Shown: positions 40,141 to 50,000, counted from the first letter of the stretch. The stretch is DNA of 64,000 nt from an uncultured Lachnospiraceae bacterium (GCA_947652735.1 CANTEG010000015.1:2165-66164), one strand, 5' to 3'. Program-made: numbers and translations. Notes: generated from the sequence alone by a model not told the origin.

Positions 40141-41799
40141 ATGTATCTTGATAACGGAAAAATATCTACAAGACAGGTTCTCCGTATAGGAATTTTGGAA
40201 AATATACCGATAGGAATTATTCTTGTTCCTTTTATCACAACAAAACTTGCAGGCCCCTACCATATTTTTGCCCTCCTGTTCGGGCTTATATTGTTTAGCT
40301 TATATTGCCTTATCATTTATGGTTTTTCCAGAAGCTTTCCTTTGGGATTTATAGATACGCTTCACACCTCAATGGGACTGTTCGGCCGTATACTGGAAGG
40401 CGTTTATTCATTGAGATATATTATTAAGGCTTCCTTAGTTGCCCTGTTTTTTTCACTTATTGTCCAACAGTACATGCTCAGAAGCTTTAACCTTTGGGTA
40501 ATTATTATTTCCTTTGTGCTGATATGCGGTTATGGCTCAGCACGTGATATTGAAAAACGTGGACGGCTTTTGGAGTTTTTATTTTGGTGGATGATAGTTC
40601 CCCTTATTTTTGTTGTCGTATTCTCCATAACAAATATTCAGTGGGATGTTTTTTCCATTCCAAAGATGGACATTTCAGTAATTACGTCAGGAAATTTGTG
40701 GGCGGGAAGCTATGGCGTTTTAATTGTCTTAAGCTCTGTGGAGCTTATGATAATGACAATTTACAGGGAACGAAAGCATCAATGGAAAAACAGCCTTAAC
40801 ATTTTTATATGGATTGTCATTGCCATCATACTTGCATACATTTATGTTGTGGGTATTCTCGGCGAAGGATGGGTAAGGAACGGCCAGGGCTCAGCCTTAA
40901 ATGTAATGCAGGCATCCTCATTTGCCAACGGAACCATTGAACGATTGGACTATCCTATTTTTGCATTTTGGATAATTGGCATTTTCGCAACAGCGAGCGG
41001 ATTCATGTTTTATGCAAAAGAATTTGCAGGCTCAATGTTACGGCTTGAACGTGCAAAAAGCTACAAATGGGTTACATTTGCAACAACGCTTTTGGTGCTT
41101 ATCACAATGATACTTTATAATGTATCCTGGTTCAGGGAATTTGTCGTGGCATATATCCTATGGGCAGACATTGCCATAAGCATTCTTGTGCCTTCCATTT
41201 TATGGATTGTTCAGAAATCAAAGCAAATTGCAAAGCAAAGAACACCAAAAGCAGCCGCAAAAAAAATCCCTGCCGGAAATGTAATTAAGCTTTTTCTTTT
41301 CATGGCATGTACCTCTGTCATTTTGACAGGCTGCGAGGGCGAAGATATTGTAAATGATCTTGTGGGCGGCATATCACAAAGTAACGCCATAGACCGAAAA
41401 ACACCATCCTTAGAGGGCAGATCCTATGTTATCCGACTTGGAATTTCAACAGACACGGAAGCTTCCGAATCGTCATATGGTTTTGCATTTGAAACAGCAG
41501 ACCTTTCCGAATATTCAGGTGACGCAGGCGGCTCTCTCAAAACAAATTCCTACTCCTGCAAAGCAACCAGTGTTGACGAAGCGATTGAACTGTTTTTTAG
41601 CGAAAACGGAACAACCCCTGATATGGGGCATATGGAAACTCTCTTGTTTGACGGAGACTGGCACAATTACACAGAGCTGCTTAAGGAGCTAAGCACTATG
41701 CCAAATATAAGCAAAGCCATTTCCGTCACCGACTCTTTGGGTAGTGAATATACACTTCGGGAGCTGATTAAAACCATGTATGATACGGTTTCTTATTAA
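40141..41799 (+). CDS. Spore germination B-type permease fused to a short GerC-like lipoprotein domain
   Basis: About 360 aa of polytopic permease (ERLDYP motif), then LTGC lipobox and LEGRSYVIRLGI. Confidence 0.75.
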   Translation: MYLDNGKISTRQVLRIGILENIPIGIILVPFITTKLAGPYHIFALLFGLILFSLYCLIIYGFSRSFPLGFIDTLHTSMGLFGRILEGVYSLRYIIKASLVALFFSLIVQQYMLRSFNLWVIIISFVLICGYGSARDIEKRGRLLEFLFWWMIVPLIFVVVFSITNIQWDVFSIPKMDISVITSGNLWAGSYGVLIVLSSVELMIMTIYRERKHQWKNSLNIFIWIVIAIILAYIYVVGILGEGWVRNGQGSALNVMQASSFANGTIERLDYPIFAFWIIGIFATASGFMFYAKEFAGSMLRLERAKSYKWVTFATTLLVLITMILYNVSWFREFVVAYILWADIAISILVPSILWIVQKSKQIAKQRTPKAAAKKIPAGNVIKLFLFMACTSVILTGCEGEDIVNDLVGGISQSNAIDRKTPSLEGRSYVIRLGISTDTEASESSYGFAFETADLSEYSGDAGGSLKTNSYSCKATSVDEAIELFFSENGTTPDMGHMETLLFDGDWHNYTELLKELSTMPNISKAISVTDSLGSEYTLRELIKTMYDTVSY

Positions 41800-41835
41800 A
41801 TAAAAAAAGCGAAACAATGTTTCGCTTTTTTTATT
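41799..41835. terminator. Bidirectional terminator
   Basis: AAAAAAAGCGAAACA-A-TGTTTCGCTTTTTTT. Confidence 0.8.
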
Positions 41836-41949
41836 TAATAGGAAAGCCTCCGTACTTTCCTATAAGGCAGGATTAAAAATCCTGCTAAGATTCGCCCAAA
41901 GTGCCATAAAAATAGTGGTGGCATAGAAAATGCCGAAAGCACTTTGTTC
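41836..41949 (-). repeat. Dispersed multi-hairpin intergenic repeat, copy D (long form, inverted)
   Basis: Reverse complement aligns with copy B. Confidence 0.85.
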
Positions 41950-41973
41950 TTGCTATCTGCTATGTAGTTCTCA

Positions 41974-42582
41974 CTACTTTCCTTCGTCAGCCCACTGATC
42001 AAAAAGCTCATTTACTCTGTCGCGTGTCTTCTCTGATATTTCAGGAAGTGAACTTCCCCAAGTCTTAGTAGCAGCCTTGTATCCCTTTTCAACAGCTTTT
42101 CTCATCTCTTCAATCTTCTCTGAATCTCCTCCAGTTAAAGCCTTTGCAAAATCTACGATTCTAGATGCTGTCTGCTCAACACCCCAGTATCCGTCATCTG
42201 CAACATCCTTCTTAGCCTGCTCAACAGTAGCTGCATCTACTGTAATCTTGCCATCCTTAACTGCTGTCATTAGGTCACTGAGCGTTGCATACTTGTGCGT
42301 CTCACTCTGCTTTGTAAGGAGCTTATCAACCAATGACTGAAGCTGTGAAAAACGAGCCTCCGCATCTGCTTTTAATTTCTCAATCGTTGCTGCGTCAGCC
42401 TTACCTGAACTCTTTGTTGCTGCTGTGTAAGTAGCTGAAGCTGTTTTACTTGAAGCCTCTGATTTTTCGTATACTACAGCTGAATCCTCCGCAGATGCAA
42501 CAACTGTTTCTTTCTTAGCAGTACTGCTTGTAGCAGAATAAGATGCTGTGTATACACTTGAATTAACTCCATTTAATTCCAT
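41974..42582 (-). CDS. Conserved hypothetical protein (S/A/T/K-rich N-terminus)
   Basis: GGAGG RBS; DDGYWGVEQTASRIVDFAKALTGGD core. Confidence 0.8.
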   Translation of the reverse strand: MELNGVNSSVYTASYSATSSTAKKETVVASAEDSAVVYEKSEASSKTASATYTAATKSSGKADAATIEKLKADAEARFSQLQSLVDKLLTKQSETHKYATLSDLMTAVKDGKITVDAATVEQAKKDVADDGYWGVEQTASRIVDFAKALTGGDSEKIEEMRKAVEKGYKAATKTWGSSLPEISEKTRDRVNELFDQWADEGK

Positions 42583-42754
42583 ACCTATACCCTCCTTGGT
42601 TTTACATGTTGATAGAAACTATGTTTTCTTTATTCTAACAGCCAATATATTTGGATGCTAGATTAAGCCCCTCCAACTCTGTGATACCATCACACCTTAG
42701 CTGAAAGAGCTTTATATCTTTTATAGGTTTGTACTTTCAATATATATATCGTCC

Positions 42755-43357
42755 CTAATTTGGATTAGTTAACCCTAAACTAGAAAAAATTTCCCTTCTT
42801 AGCTTCATGTACATGCCCGTTTCCTTTAAATCATCCGCAATGTCTACATTATATTTACTGTATCTTGCGGTTGTGAGCAGATATATCTTTTCATGCTGTC
42901 CGAAATTCACATCCTGAAGTTCCTTAAGAAACAAAATATATTCATTGTCCGCCCGCATCCAATAGTACCCCTCTGTAGACATAACATAATCCCCCTCTGG
43001 GAAATAATAAATTGGCTCAAATACTGATATCGTATCCGTTTCCACTTCTCCCTTATATACTTCCACAACATCAACTGTTGATACCGTATTTGAATCTACA
43101 CGCTTTCTTTCCGCATCCCTTTTTACTGATACCCTTACAATTACATCTGCCGTTTCTTCCAGATTTTTGGCATTAGATATTGTATAATCTATGTAAACGT
43201 CATTCAGTATGGGTGCAAGTACAATTTTGAGATTTTCATTATCAATATATTCCCACTGGGACATATCATCATAATATGAATTTTTTGTCACAAAGCCAAC
43301 TGCAACCGCTGCCAATATTACAAGTAATGATAAAATGATTATCAACTTATTTTTCAT
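42755..43357 (-). CDS. Membrane-anchored extracellular protein, last gene of the ABC cassette
   Basis: N-terminal TM; overlaps the ATPase stop. Confidence 0.7.
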   Translation of the reverse strand: MKNKLIIILSLLVILAAVAVGFVTKNSYYDDMSQWEYIDNENLKIVLAPILNDVYIDYTISNAKNLEETADVIVRVSVKRDAERKRVDSNTVSTVDVVEVYKGEVETDTISVFEPIYYFPEGDYVMSTEGYYWMRADNEYILFLKELQDVNFGQHEKIYLLTTARYSKYNVDIADDLKETGMYMKLRREIFSSLGLTNPN

Positions 43358-43991
43358 GCTCCACAACCTTTCCGTTTTCAATTTTTATTACTTCATCATA
43401 GTCCATTTCAAATTCACCATCATTGTGCAGTGCAATTACAACAACAGCCCCCCGCTCTCTCTCCTCAGTGATAACCTTTTGAAATAACCGTATTGTTTCA
43501 CTGTCCAACGCATTAAGCGGCTCATCAAGCAGCAAAATATCAGGCTTTTCCATGATTGCCTGAATAATACCAAGCTTTTGCTTCATTCCTAGGGAATATT
43601 TTCCTATTTTACGTTTATCATCCGGTGAGAGTCCCATTTTCTCCATGGAAGCCTTTATATCCTCATCTGTTATATTATTTTTTATGCTTGCCAAATATCT
43701 CAATACTTCAAGTCCCGTGTATTCCCGCCAAAAGGATGGATTTTCAATTAACACGCCTAAGCTTGCAGGATATGTACAGTTTTTCTTTATTTCCACATCA
43801 TTTACATAGATTGCCCCAGTAGTAGGGTAAATCAGCCCTGCTATTGCACGGAGCAGCATAGTCTTTCCACTTCCGTTTGTTCCTTTTAGCTTATATAGTT
43901 TCCCCGATTTCATTTCAAGGCTTATATCTTTTAAAATTTCTGTTTTTTTAAGAATTTTTGTATATTCTTCAAATCTGATTATTGTTTCCAC
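43347..43991 (-). CDS. ABC transporter ATP-binding protein
   Basis: GTNGSGKT, YSLGMKQKLGI, LLDEPLN. Confidence 0.92.
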   Translation of the reverse strand: METIIRFEEYTKILKKTEILKDISLEMKSGKLYKLKGTNGSGKTMLLRAIAGLIYPTTGAIYVNDVEIKKNCTYPASLGVLIENPSFWREYTGLEVLRYLASIKNNITDEDIKASMEKMGLSPDDKRKIGKYSLGMKQKLGIIQAIMEKPDILLLDEPLNALDSETIRLFQKVITEERERGAVVVIALHNDGEFEMDYDEVIKIENGKVVEHEK

Positions 43992-44692
43992 TATACCACT
44001 TCCCTCGTTTTCATAATTTTTATCCCTATCATATTTAGCAAAATAAATGCAACCACTATCGGTGCCAACGCATATGGCAGGTTGGAAGCCATGCCATTTT
44101 TTAAATATTGAAATACTCCAAAAAATTTGTCTCCCAAAGCAATGCCAATAAAATTATCAATGAATACTTCCACAGTTAACAATATGACTAAAAAAAGCTT
44201 TACATCTACCAGCATAGTCATAACATTAATCAATAATATATATGTAACCAGAAAAAGCATTGCATATAAAAAATACATCACATCAAATGTTTTCGTTTTA
44301 TTTTTGTAACACAAAACCATTGCGGAAGTTCCGTACAAAAGCACATAAAGAATACTTGTGTTTAATACAAGCTTAATTGTTCCTTTTTGAAACAAACCTT
44401 TTCTTTTTTTTGCCCGCGTAAACAACAGCTCCTGATTGCTCAAAATATCGTCTCTGTAAAAGCCTCCCAAAAAAACAATCAATATGCACTGATACAAAAA
44501 GAAATCCGTAACATGTATCAGATTGAAGCCCATATCCGCTATTCCTGTATATAAAAAACAAAGATAAATCAAATCCTTCATTTCATATACATTAAACTGC
44601 ATAAAATGAAGCCTTTTTGCAATAAACAGCACAATCAGAAAATATGCAGGTATAAGCTTCCTTGCTTCAATTAACCTCACTTTTTGCCTCAT
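43991..44692 (-). CDS. Putative ABC permease, membrane protein
   Basis: About 6 TM segments; coupled to the ATPase. Confidence 0.65.
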   Translation of the reverse strand: MRQKVRLIEARKLIPAYFLIVLFIAKRLHFMQFNVYEMKDLIYLCFLYTGIADMGFNLIHVTDFFLYQCILIVFLGGFYRDDILSNQELLFTRAKKRKGLFQKGTIKLVLNTSILYVLLYGTSAMVLCYKNKTKTFDVMYFLYAMLFLVTYILLINVMTMLVDVKLFLVILLTVEVFIDNFIGIALGDKFFGVFQYLKNGMASNLPYALAPIVVAFILLNMIGIKIMKTREVV

Positions 44693-45392
44693 CTCCCCAT
44701 ATAGGTTTTTTAAAATACAGCACACATGATAAAATAAATACCAATACCCCCTGTGCTATGCTTTTTAATATTTGGACAACAATTTGATATGGCTGTTTTT
44801 CATATATATCAATTACCATTTGATAATACAAATCAATAAACCACTCCTTAAACACAAATGTTGCAGAATGGGCAAATAGTATAAAGCCGATAATTAATAT
44901 TGTTATAATCATACTAAAAATTGTTTTGTCAGTAAGGTTTACAAAAAGAATGTAAATATTACCTATAAATATCCAGCCAAAGCACTGAGCCAGAATATTA
45001 CAACACAAAACATAAAATATATTAGCGGCGTCCAGCCCTCCCTCAAAGGTTGTTACTATAAATATTAATATCGTAGCATTTGTCACTAAAGCCATCTCAA
45101 TTGACTGAATTACCGTTTCATATATTTCTGCAATTAAAATATCCCGCTTCCTGTTATATCTTGAAATAACCGCTGTATGTAATAAAAATTTTATTCTGTT
45201 CATTAAGAAAAACAAAAATAATGGAACATAAATAAAAGCAATGTCAATATAACTCCAGCATACTTGATAAAACATATTTAAACCAAACAAATAGCTTTTC
45301 ATTTCATATATGTGAGTGTCCTTTATACTAATGAATGTAAATATACCTACAAACGTATATAAAAATATTTTTTTCCATATACCGTTTTTCAT
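44667..45392 (-). CDS. Putative ABC permease, membrane protein
   Basis: About 6 TM segments; operon context. Confidence 0.65.
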   Translation of the reverse strand: MKNGIWKKIFLYTFVGIFTFISIKDTHIYEMKSYLFGLNMFYQVCWSYIDIAFIYVPLFLFFLMNRIKFLLHTAVISRYNRKRDILIAEIYETVIQSIEMALVTNATILIFIVTTFEGGLDAANIFYVLCCNILAQCFGWIFIGNIYILFVNLTDKTIFSMIITILIIGFILFAHSATFVFKEWFIDLYYQMVIDIYEKQPYQIVVQILKSIAQGVLVFILSCVLYFKKPIWGDEAKSEVN

Positions 45393-46244
45393 TTATACCT
45401 CCTCTTTCTTTATTCCGACAGACACTGTTACAAAAATAATAAAACAATAAAATATAATATCCTTAAAATATGTGAGCAGATTGCCTGATGGGTTCACCTG
45501 AAGGAGCCCTGAGCACACAAGCTGCCCTAATGTTGTATTAGCTATACCAATATGCATAAAATACGAATCCATAATTGCTTCAATGAATTCTACAACATTG
45601 TAGATAAAAAATGCTGCCAAAAAAACCACATATTTATTTAACTTTCCTATAAATGATATTCCATATGAAAGAAGTGCAAACATTCCCGCTATCAGTGCCC
45701 GCATAATGGTAAAAAACATAATATTAATATATGGATGGCAAAAGCTTAATCTTTCGAGAACATTATACGGTTCATAACTGCTATCCTCCATCTGTATTAA
45801 CCTTTCTACTATTAATCCAAACGGGTTCAAGCCATTCAAAGGAAATGCAATAAGGCATAACAATAAACTTAAAAGCAGGGCTGCAAAAGCTGATACGCTT
45901 ACCACAAGAAAGATTGCCAATGCCTGTGTTTTTATATATGACCGCCTGTTTATTCTGGTAATGATATATGTATTAATCTGTTTCTTTTTATCTGTAAAAT
46001 ACATATCTGATGCAACAATACTTGCAACAATTGGTAGCGCAACCGTAAAAATAATTCTAATTGGTTGTCGGGAAATATTATTTAATATCATCATTTCATT
46101 GGCAGAGTAAACGGAAGATAGTTTGTTCCCATAAAAATTATAGCAATTTACCAAAAAATCAATTATTACAGCCGAAAACATCAATATCATTACATATAAA
46201 TATTCTTTTTTGTGTAATATTTTTTTTATTTCCAATTTTAACAT
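45393..46244 (-). CDS. Putative ABC permease, membrane protein
   Basis: About 6 TM segments; YIITRINRRSY motif of ABC-2-like permeases. Confidence 0.65.
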   Translation of the reverse strand: MLKLEIKKILHKKEYLYVMILMFSAVIIDFLVNCYNFYGNKLSSVYSANEMMILNNISRQPIRIIFTVALPIVASIVASDMYFTDKKKQINTYIITRINRRSYIKTQALAIFLVVSVSAFAALLLSLLLCLIAFPLNGLNPFGLIVERLIQMEDSSYEPYNVLERLSFCHPYINIMFFTIMRALIAGMFALLSYGISFIGKLNKYVVFLAAFFIYNVVEFIEAIMDSYFMHIGIANTTLGQLVCSGLLQVNPSGNLLTYFKDIIFYCFIIFVTVSVGIKKEEV

Positions 46245-46286
46245 GCTTAATTTCTTCCCCTAATTTATCTAGTTTAAATTTTGTCA

Positions 46287-46320
46287 GGTTGTCATTTGAA
46301 AATATTATCAAATGACAACC
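46287..46320. terminator. Stem-loop between the secreted-protein gene and the transporter genes
   Basis: GGTTGTCATTTGA-N8-TCAAATGACAACC. Confidence 0.65.
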
Positions 46321-46335
46321 CATGTAACTTAAAAC

Positions 46336-46758
46336 TTAATTATAATTCACATACCCCTCCACCTCATGGTGTAACAGTTGAGTATTCTCCAAATCTTCAA
46401 TACCTAATCGCACCGATGAGCCAGAAGCCATATTGCTTGTATATGTAACAACATACTTTTGATTTAATGCAGAACACGTTGTTATATGTGAGCATCGGTT
46501 TGTATTTGCATCACAAAACCATGCATTAATGCCTCCACACTTTTTAGCTTTAGCCACCAAATAAATATAGCCTTTTCCATAATTTGACTGCTTTGTTCTT
46601 GTTTGAAAATATGCATTTGCATACCCATACGGCAATTTACTTGAAAAATATCTCTCTGTTCCTGCACTTGGAATCGAAGCCGCCATAACAGGAATCCCCA
46701 CTGTCAACATCATTAATGCAGTAAGTATTACAATTAATTTCTTTGTCTTTTTTACCAT
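46336..46758 (-). CDS. Small Sec-secreted beta-rich protein with Cys residues (possible bacteriocin-like cargo)
   Basis: Signal peptide MVKKTKKLIVILTALMMLTVGIPVMAA; four Cys in the mature part; heads the ABC cassette. Confidence 0.75.
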   Translation of the reverse strand: MVKKTKKLIVILTALMMLTVGIPVMAASIPSAGTERYFSSKLPYGYANAYFQTRTKQSNYGKGYIYLVAKAKKCGGINAWFCDANTNRCSHITTCSALNQKYVVTYTSNMASGSSVRLGIEDLENTQLLHHEVEGYVNYN

Positions 46759-47055
46759 AGTTAACCTTCTTTCTTCATCAGTCCATTCCACATTTGCTTT
46801 TTGCAAATAAACAGACTACTCCCGTCAAATTTTCAGAATAAAAATTGACATACCCCTTGTTTTTATAATGTAATACACAATGGAAATTTAAATTTGAACA
46901 TACGAATTTTATAATTTCAGAATATACTTGTAGTGCAAAAAAACGGTTGTCCCTTAATATCCTCCCCTCTATATTAATTTCCCACCGTATAGCTACATTT
47001 TATTACTGTTTTTTTACATATATGGGTTGTATCCCTTTACCAAGATTATGAGTTT

Positions 47056-47084
47056 ATTTTAGATTACATGTCATATTTTGTCAA
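47056..47084 (-). promoter_or_regulatory. sigA promoter of the secreted-protein cassette
   Basis: TTGACA-N17-TAAAAT on the minus strand. Confidence 0.6.
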
Positions 47085-47090
47085 TATAAA

Positions 47091-47126
47091 AAATGGGGTT
47101 ACCACTACGCTTGTGGTAACCCCATT
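47091..47126 (-). terminator. Terminator after the LytTR response regulator
   Basis: AATGGGGTTACCAC...GTGGTAACCCCATT with a U-tract on the minus strand. Confidence 0.75.
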
Positions 47127-47853
47127 AATCATCAAAGAAATCTTCTCCCAAAATCAGCATACACTTTTTGCGAATTTTCTTTCGTCGTTCTTCACTGATT
47201 TGAAGCTCCGTGCCATCTAATAAAACAACCTTTGAGAAAGATATATTTTTAATATATCTATAGTTGACAAGATATGACTGGTGAATTCTTAAAAAATGAA
47301 TTTTTCCATCATCCAACTGTTTTTCTATGTTGTTTAGCTTTCCGTAAAATTTATCATTTCCTTCTTTCGAGTAAATGCTGATTACCCGCCTTGAGCTTTC
47401 AAAATACATAATATTTTTTGTTGAAATCTTCTTGGTTACCCTGTTGAAATTATACTCAAAAAATGCGTCGTCAGCTATTATTCTCTCATATGCCTTCTTG
47501 AAATAATCAAAGAATTTATTTTCCTCAACAGGTTTCTTAATAAATCTGAATGGCTCTACTTCAAACAATTCCATGCAATATTTCTCATGGTTTGAAATAT
47601 ATATTATAATTGTGTTTATATTGTTTTCCCTTATCTTTTTTGCAACTTCGATGCCATCTAACGAGTCCATTTCAATATCTAAATATAGTAAATCAAATTT
47701 CTTACCATTTAGTAAATCGTTCCAAAGCTCAACCCCATCCGAATATACTTCAATTGATACCTTAATAAATAATTTTTTTGATATTTCCAGTAATAATGAT
47801 TCTATTTGAGTAGCAAACATAATCTCATCGTCACATATTGCTATGTTTAACAA
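47125..47853 (-). CDS. LytR/AlgR-family response regulator (REC + LytTR), no adjacent kinase
   Basis: IAICDDE, LYLDIEM, FRFIKKP, FLRIHQSYLVN. Confidence 0.93.
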   Translation of the reverse strand: MLNIAICDDEIMFATQIESLLLEISKKLFIKVSIEVYSDGVELWNDLLNGKKFDLLYLDIEMDSLDGIEVAKKIRENNINTIIIYISNHEKYCMELFEVEPFRFIKKPVEENKFFDYFKKAYERIIADDAFFEYNFNRVTKKISTKNIMYFESSRRVISIYSKEGNDKFYGKLNNIEKQLDDGKIHFLRIHQSYLVNYRYIKNISFSKVVLLDGTELQISEERRKKIRKKCMLILGEDFFDD

Positions 47854-47854
47854 T

Positions 47855-48235
47855 TTAATTTTTCTCCTTTTGTACTTCCCAAAGTCTGTCCATCAAAATC
47901 ATCAAAGTTTTTCTGTTCTCATCATTGAGCTGTTTGTACATAGAAACTAATTCGTAAAATTCGTCTATTTCCTTATTAACCTGGAGCTGGACTTCAAGGT
48001 TTCTTTTTGTATCTGATAAACACAATAAATAATCCACTGTCACTTTAAAATGATTTGATATATTTACTATCAAATCTAATGGAGGTATACACTTTTCGTT
48101 TTCTACTCTACTAATTGTTTGTTGAGAGGACGCGACAAAATCAGCCAACACTGCCTGACCCATACCATGTTCTTCCCGTAATTCCCTTATTCGAGTCTTC
48201 AAACTATCACCCCACTCTTTTGTAATGATAGTCAT
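47855..48235 (-). CDS. XRE-family HTH regulator
   Basis: RIRELREEHGMGQAVLADFVASSQQTISRVE; true start possibly TTG at 48202. Confidence 0.88.
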   Translation of the reverse strand: MTIITKEWGDSLKTRIRELREEHGMGQAVLADFVASSQQTISRVENEKCIPPLDLIVNISNHFKVTVDYLLCLSDTKRNLEVQLQVNKEIDEFYELVSMYKQLNDENRKTLMILMDRLWEVQKEKN

Positions 48236-48352
48236 ATTTTACTCAAATACCGTTTCTGATATACCCGTATTTTATATGTTGCAATACCCAAAATGTAGTT
48301 ATAAAATAATCAAATTCCGAAGCTTTCGCAGTATCCCTAAAAACTCCCATGT

Positions 48353-49018
48353 TTACTTATTTGTCACATTCTTAATTACTATCTGCTCCTGATTGTATAT
48401 ATGTTCATTCATAACACGTTCCGCAGTTTCTGCATTACCGAGCAAAATTGCGTTGGTAATCTGGTCATGCTCAGTTACAAGATTATCATGGTAGGAAAAG
48501 TCTTTTACATATTCCACCCTGTAACGGTATACCTGCTCCCGAAGATTAAGGGCAATGGTTATAAGGCGTGGATTTTTTGTAAGCTGGTATATTGTGTTGT
48601 GAAAGGCCTCATCTGCTTCGACAATGGCAGGAACAAGCTTTGAGTTTATTGCTTCCCTGAAAGCTATACAAACCTGCTTTAGTTCTTCCTTACCCTTATC
48701 ATCAATCCGCTCACAAGCAAGCCGCACGGATAATGCCTCAATTGCCATTCTTACCTCAAGTGCATCCTTAAGGTCTTTTACCGTAATATTTGCAACCTCT
48801 GCACCTTTACGGGGTATCATTACAACAAGCCCCTCCAGCTCAAGCATTCGGATTGCCTCTCTCACAGGGGTACGGCTGACACCAAGCTTATTGGCAAGGG
48901 TTACCTCCATAAGACGCTCACCTGGCTGAAATTCACCTTGTACGATTGCATTTCTAAGAGTTCTGAAGACTACCTCCCTTAATGGAAGATACTCGTCAAT
49001 ATTTATATCAAGTTTCAT
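48353..49018 (-). CDS. GntR-family regulator (FCD domain)
   Basis: LREVVFRTLRNAI, GVSRTPVREA. Confidence 0.92.
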   Translation of the reverse strand: MKLDINIDEYLPLREVVFRTLRNAIVQGEFQPGERLMEVTLANKLGVSRTPVREAIRMLELEGLVVMIPRKGAEVANITVKDLKDALEVRMAIEALSVRLACERIDDKGKEELKQVCIAFREAINSKLVPAIVEADEAFHNTIYQLTKNPRLITIALNLREQVYRYRVEYVKDFSYHDNLVTEHDQITNAILLGNAETAERVMNEHIYNQEQIVIKNVTNK

Positions 49019-49085
49019 TTTTACTGCTCATTCCTTTCAATTTGTACAGGCAAATCGTAATTATATATCATTTCCTGTACAGGCC

Positions 49086-50000
49086 TTAACCGTTTATGGG
49101 GTTTGTTACAAATACATCTGTTGCAAGCTCAAGGTCACCAATATGAAGTGCCGCCGACCATGCTTTTTCCGAATCATCAAAAATTCCAAATACCGTTGGC
49201 CCACTGCCACTCATTATCGCATTTAATGCTCCACATGTTTTCATGGCGTCCTTTATTTGGTTTATTTCTGGATACAAGCCTGTGGTAACGGTTTCCATAA
49301 CATTTTCCATATTTGAAGCGACCTTTTCTATATTATGGTCTTTCAGTGCCTGAAGCATACTATCTATGTCAGGGCGTGAATGAAGCTCCCCACATTTTAT
49401 GTTATTATATATCAAAGCAGTGCTGACACCGACGGGTGGCTTAACCACAAGCACCGAACAATCCGAAAGCCCTGTCACGGGAGTAAGTATTTCTCCGATA
49501 CCCTCAGATAATGCGGTTTTTCCCAGTACACAGAAAGGAACATCAGCCCCAAGCTTAACCCCAAGCTTCATCAGGTCATCTATTGTGGCATTCAGTGAAA
49601 ATATATCGTTCATTGCCTTAAGCGTTGCTGCACAATCCGAGCTCCCGCCTGCCATACCTGCTTCAATCGGAATATTTTTAGTCAGCTTAACGTGAACATT
49701 TCCACTTATATTATATTCCTGAAACATAAGACGGATAGCCCTATAAATAAGATTGTCCCCATCTGTAGGAAGCTCTGGTTTATTTGTCTCTATCTCAATA
49801 TGATAATCTTCATCATTGGAATAAGTTGACATATTTTCCATGTATTTAAGATTTGAAACCGTGAATTCAAGCTCATCATATATATTCAAATTTTGCATAA
49901 CCATACGGACATCGTGATATCCGTCAGGCCGCTTTCCAAGTACGTCAAGTGCAAGGTTTACCTTGGCATATGCCTTATAAGCTTTTGTGATAGTGTCCAT
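49086..50000 (-). CDS. ispE: 4-diphosphocytidyl-2-C-methyl-D-erythritol kinase
   Basis: AKVNLALDV, KNIPIEAGMAGGSSD, GADVPF, MSGSGPTVF. Confidence 0.95.
   Translation of the reverse strand: MDTITKAYKAYAKVNLALDVLGKRPDGYHDVRMVMQNLNIYDELEFTVSNLKYMENMSTYSNDEDYHIEIETNKPELPTDGDNLIYRAIRLMFQEYNISGNVHVKLTKNIPIEAGMAGGSSDCAATLKAMNDIFSLNATIDDLMKLGVKLGADVPFCVLGKTALSEGIGEILTPVTGLSDCSVLVVKPPVGVSTALIYNNIKCGELHSRPDIDSMLQALKDHNIEKVASNMENVMETVTTGLYPEINQIKDAMKTCGALNAIMSGSGPTVFGIFDDSEKAWSAALHIGDLELATDVFVTNPING

Noticed and set aside
16257-41949. Repeat family as a CRISPR array
   Set aside because: Copies are dispersed and over 100 nt, with no regular repeat-spacer tandem and no cas genes.
48245-48300. GGGTAT direct repeats upstream of the XRE gene
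   Set aside because: Short, with spacing that does not fit the LytTR pattern; no second locus to support it.
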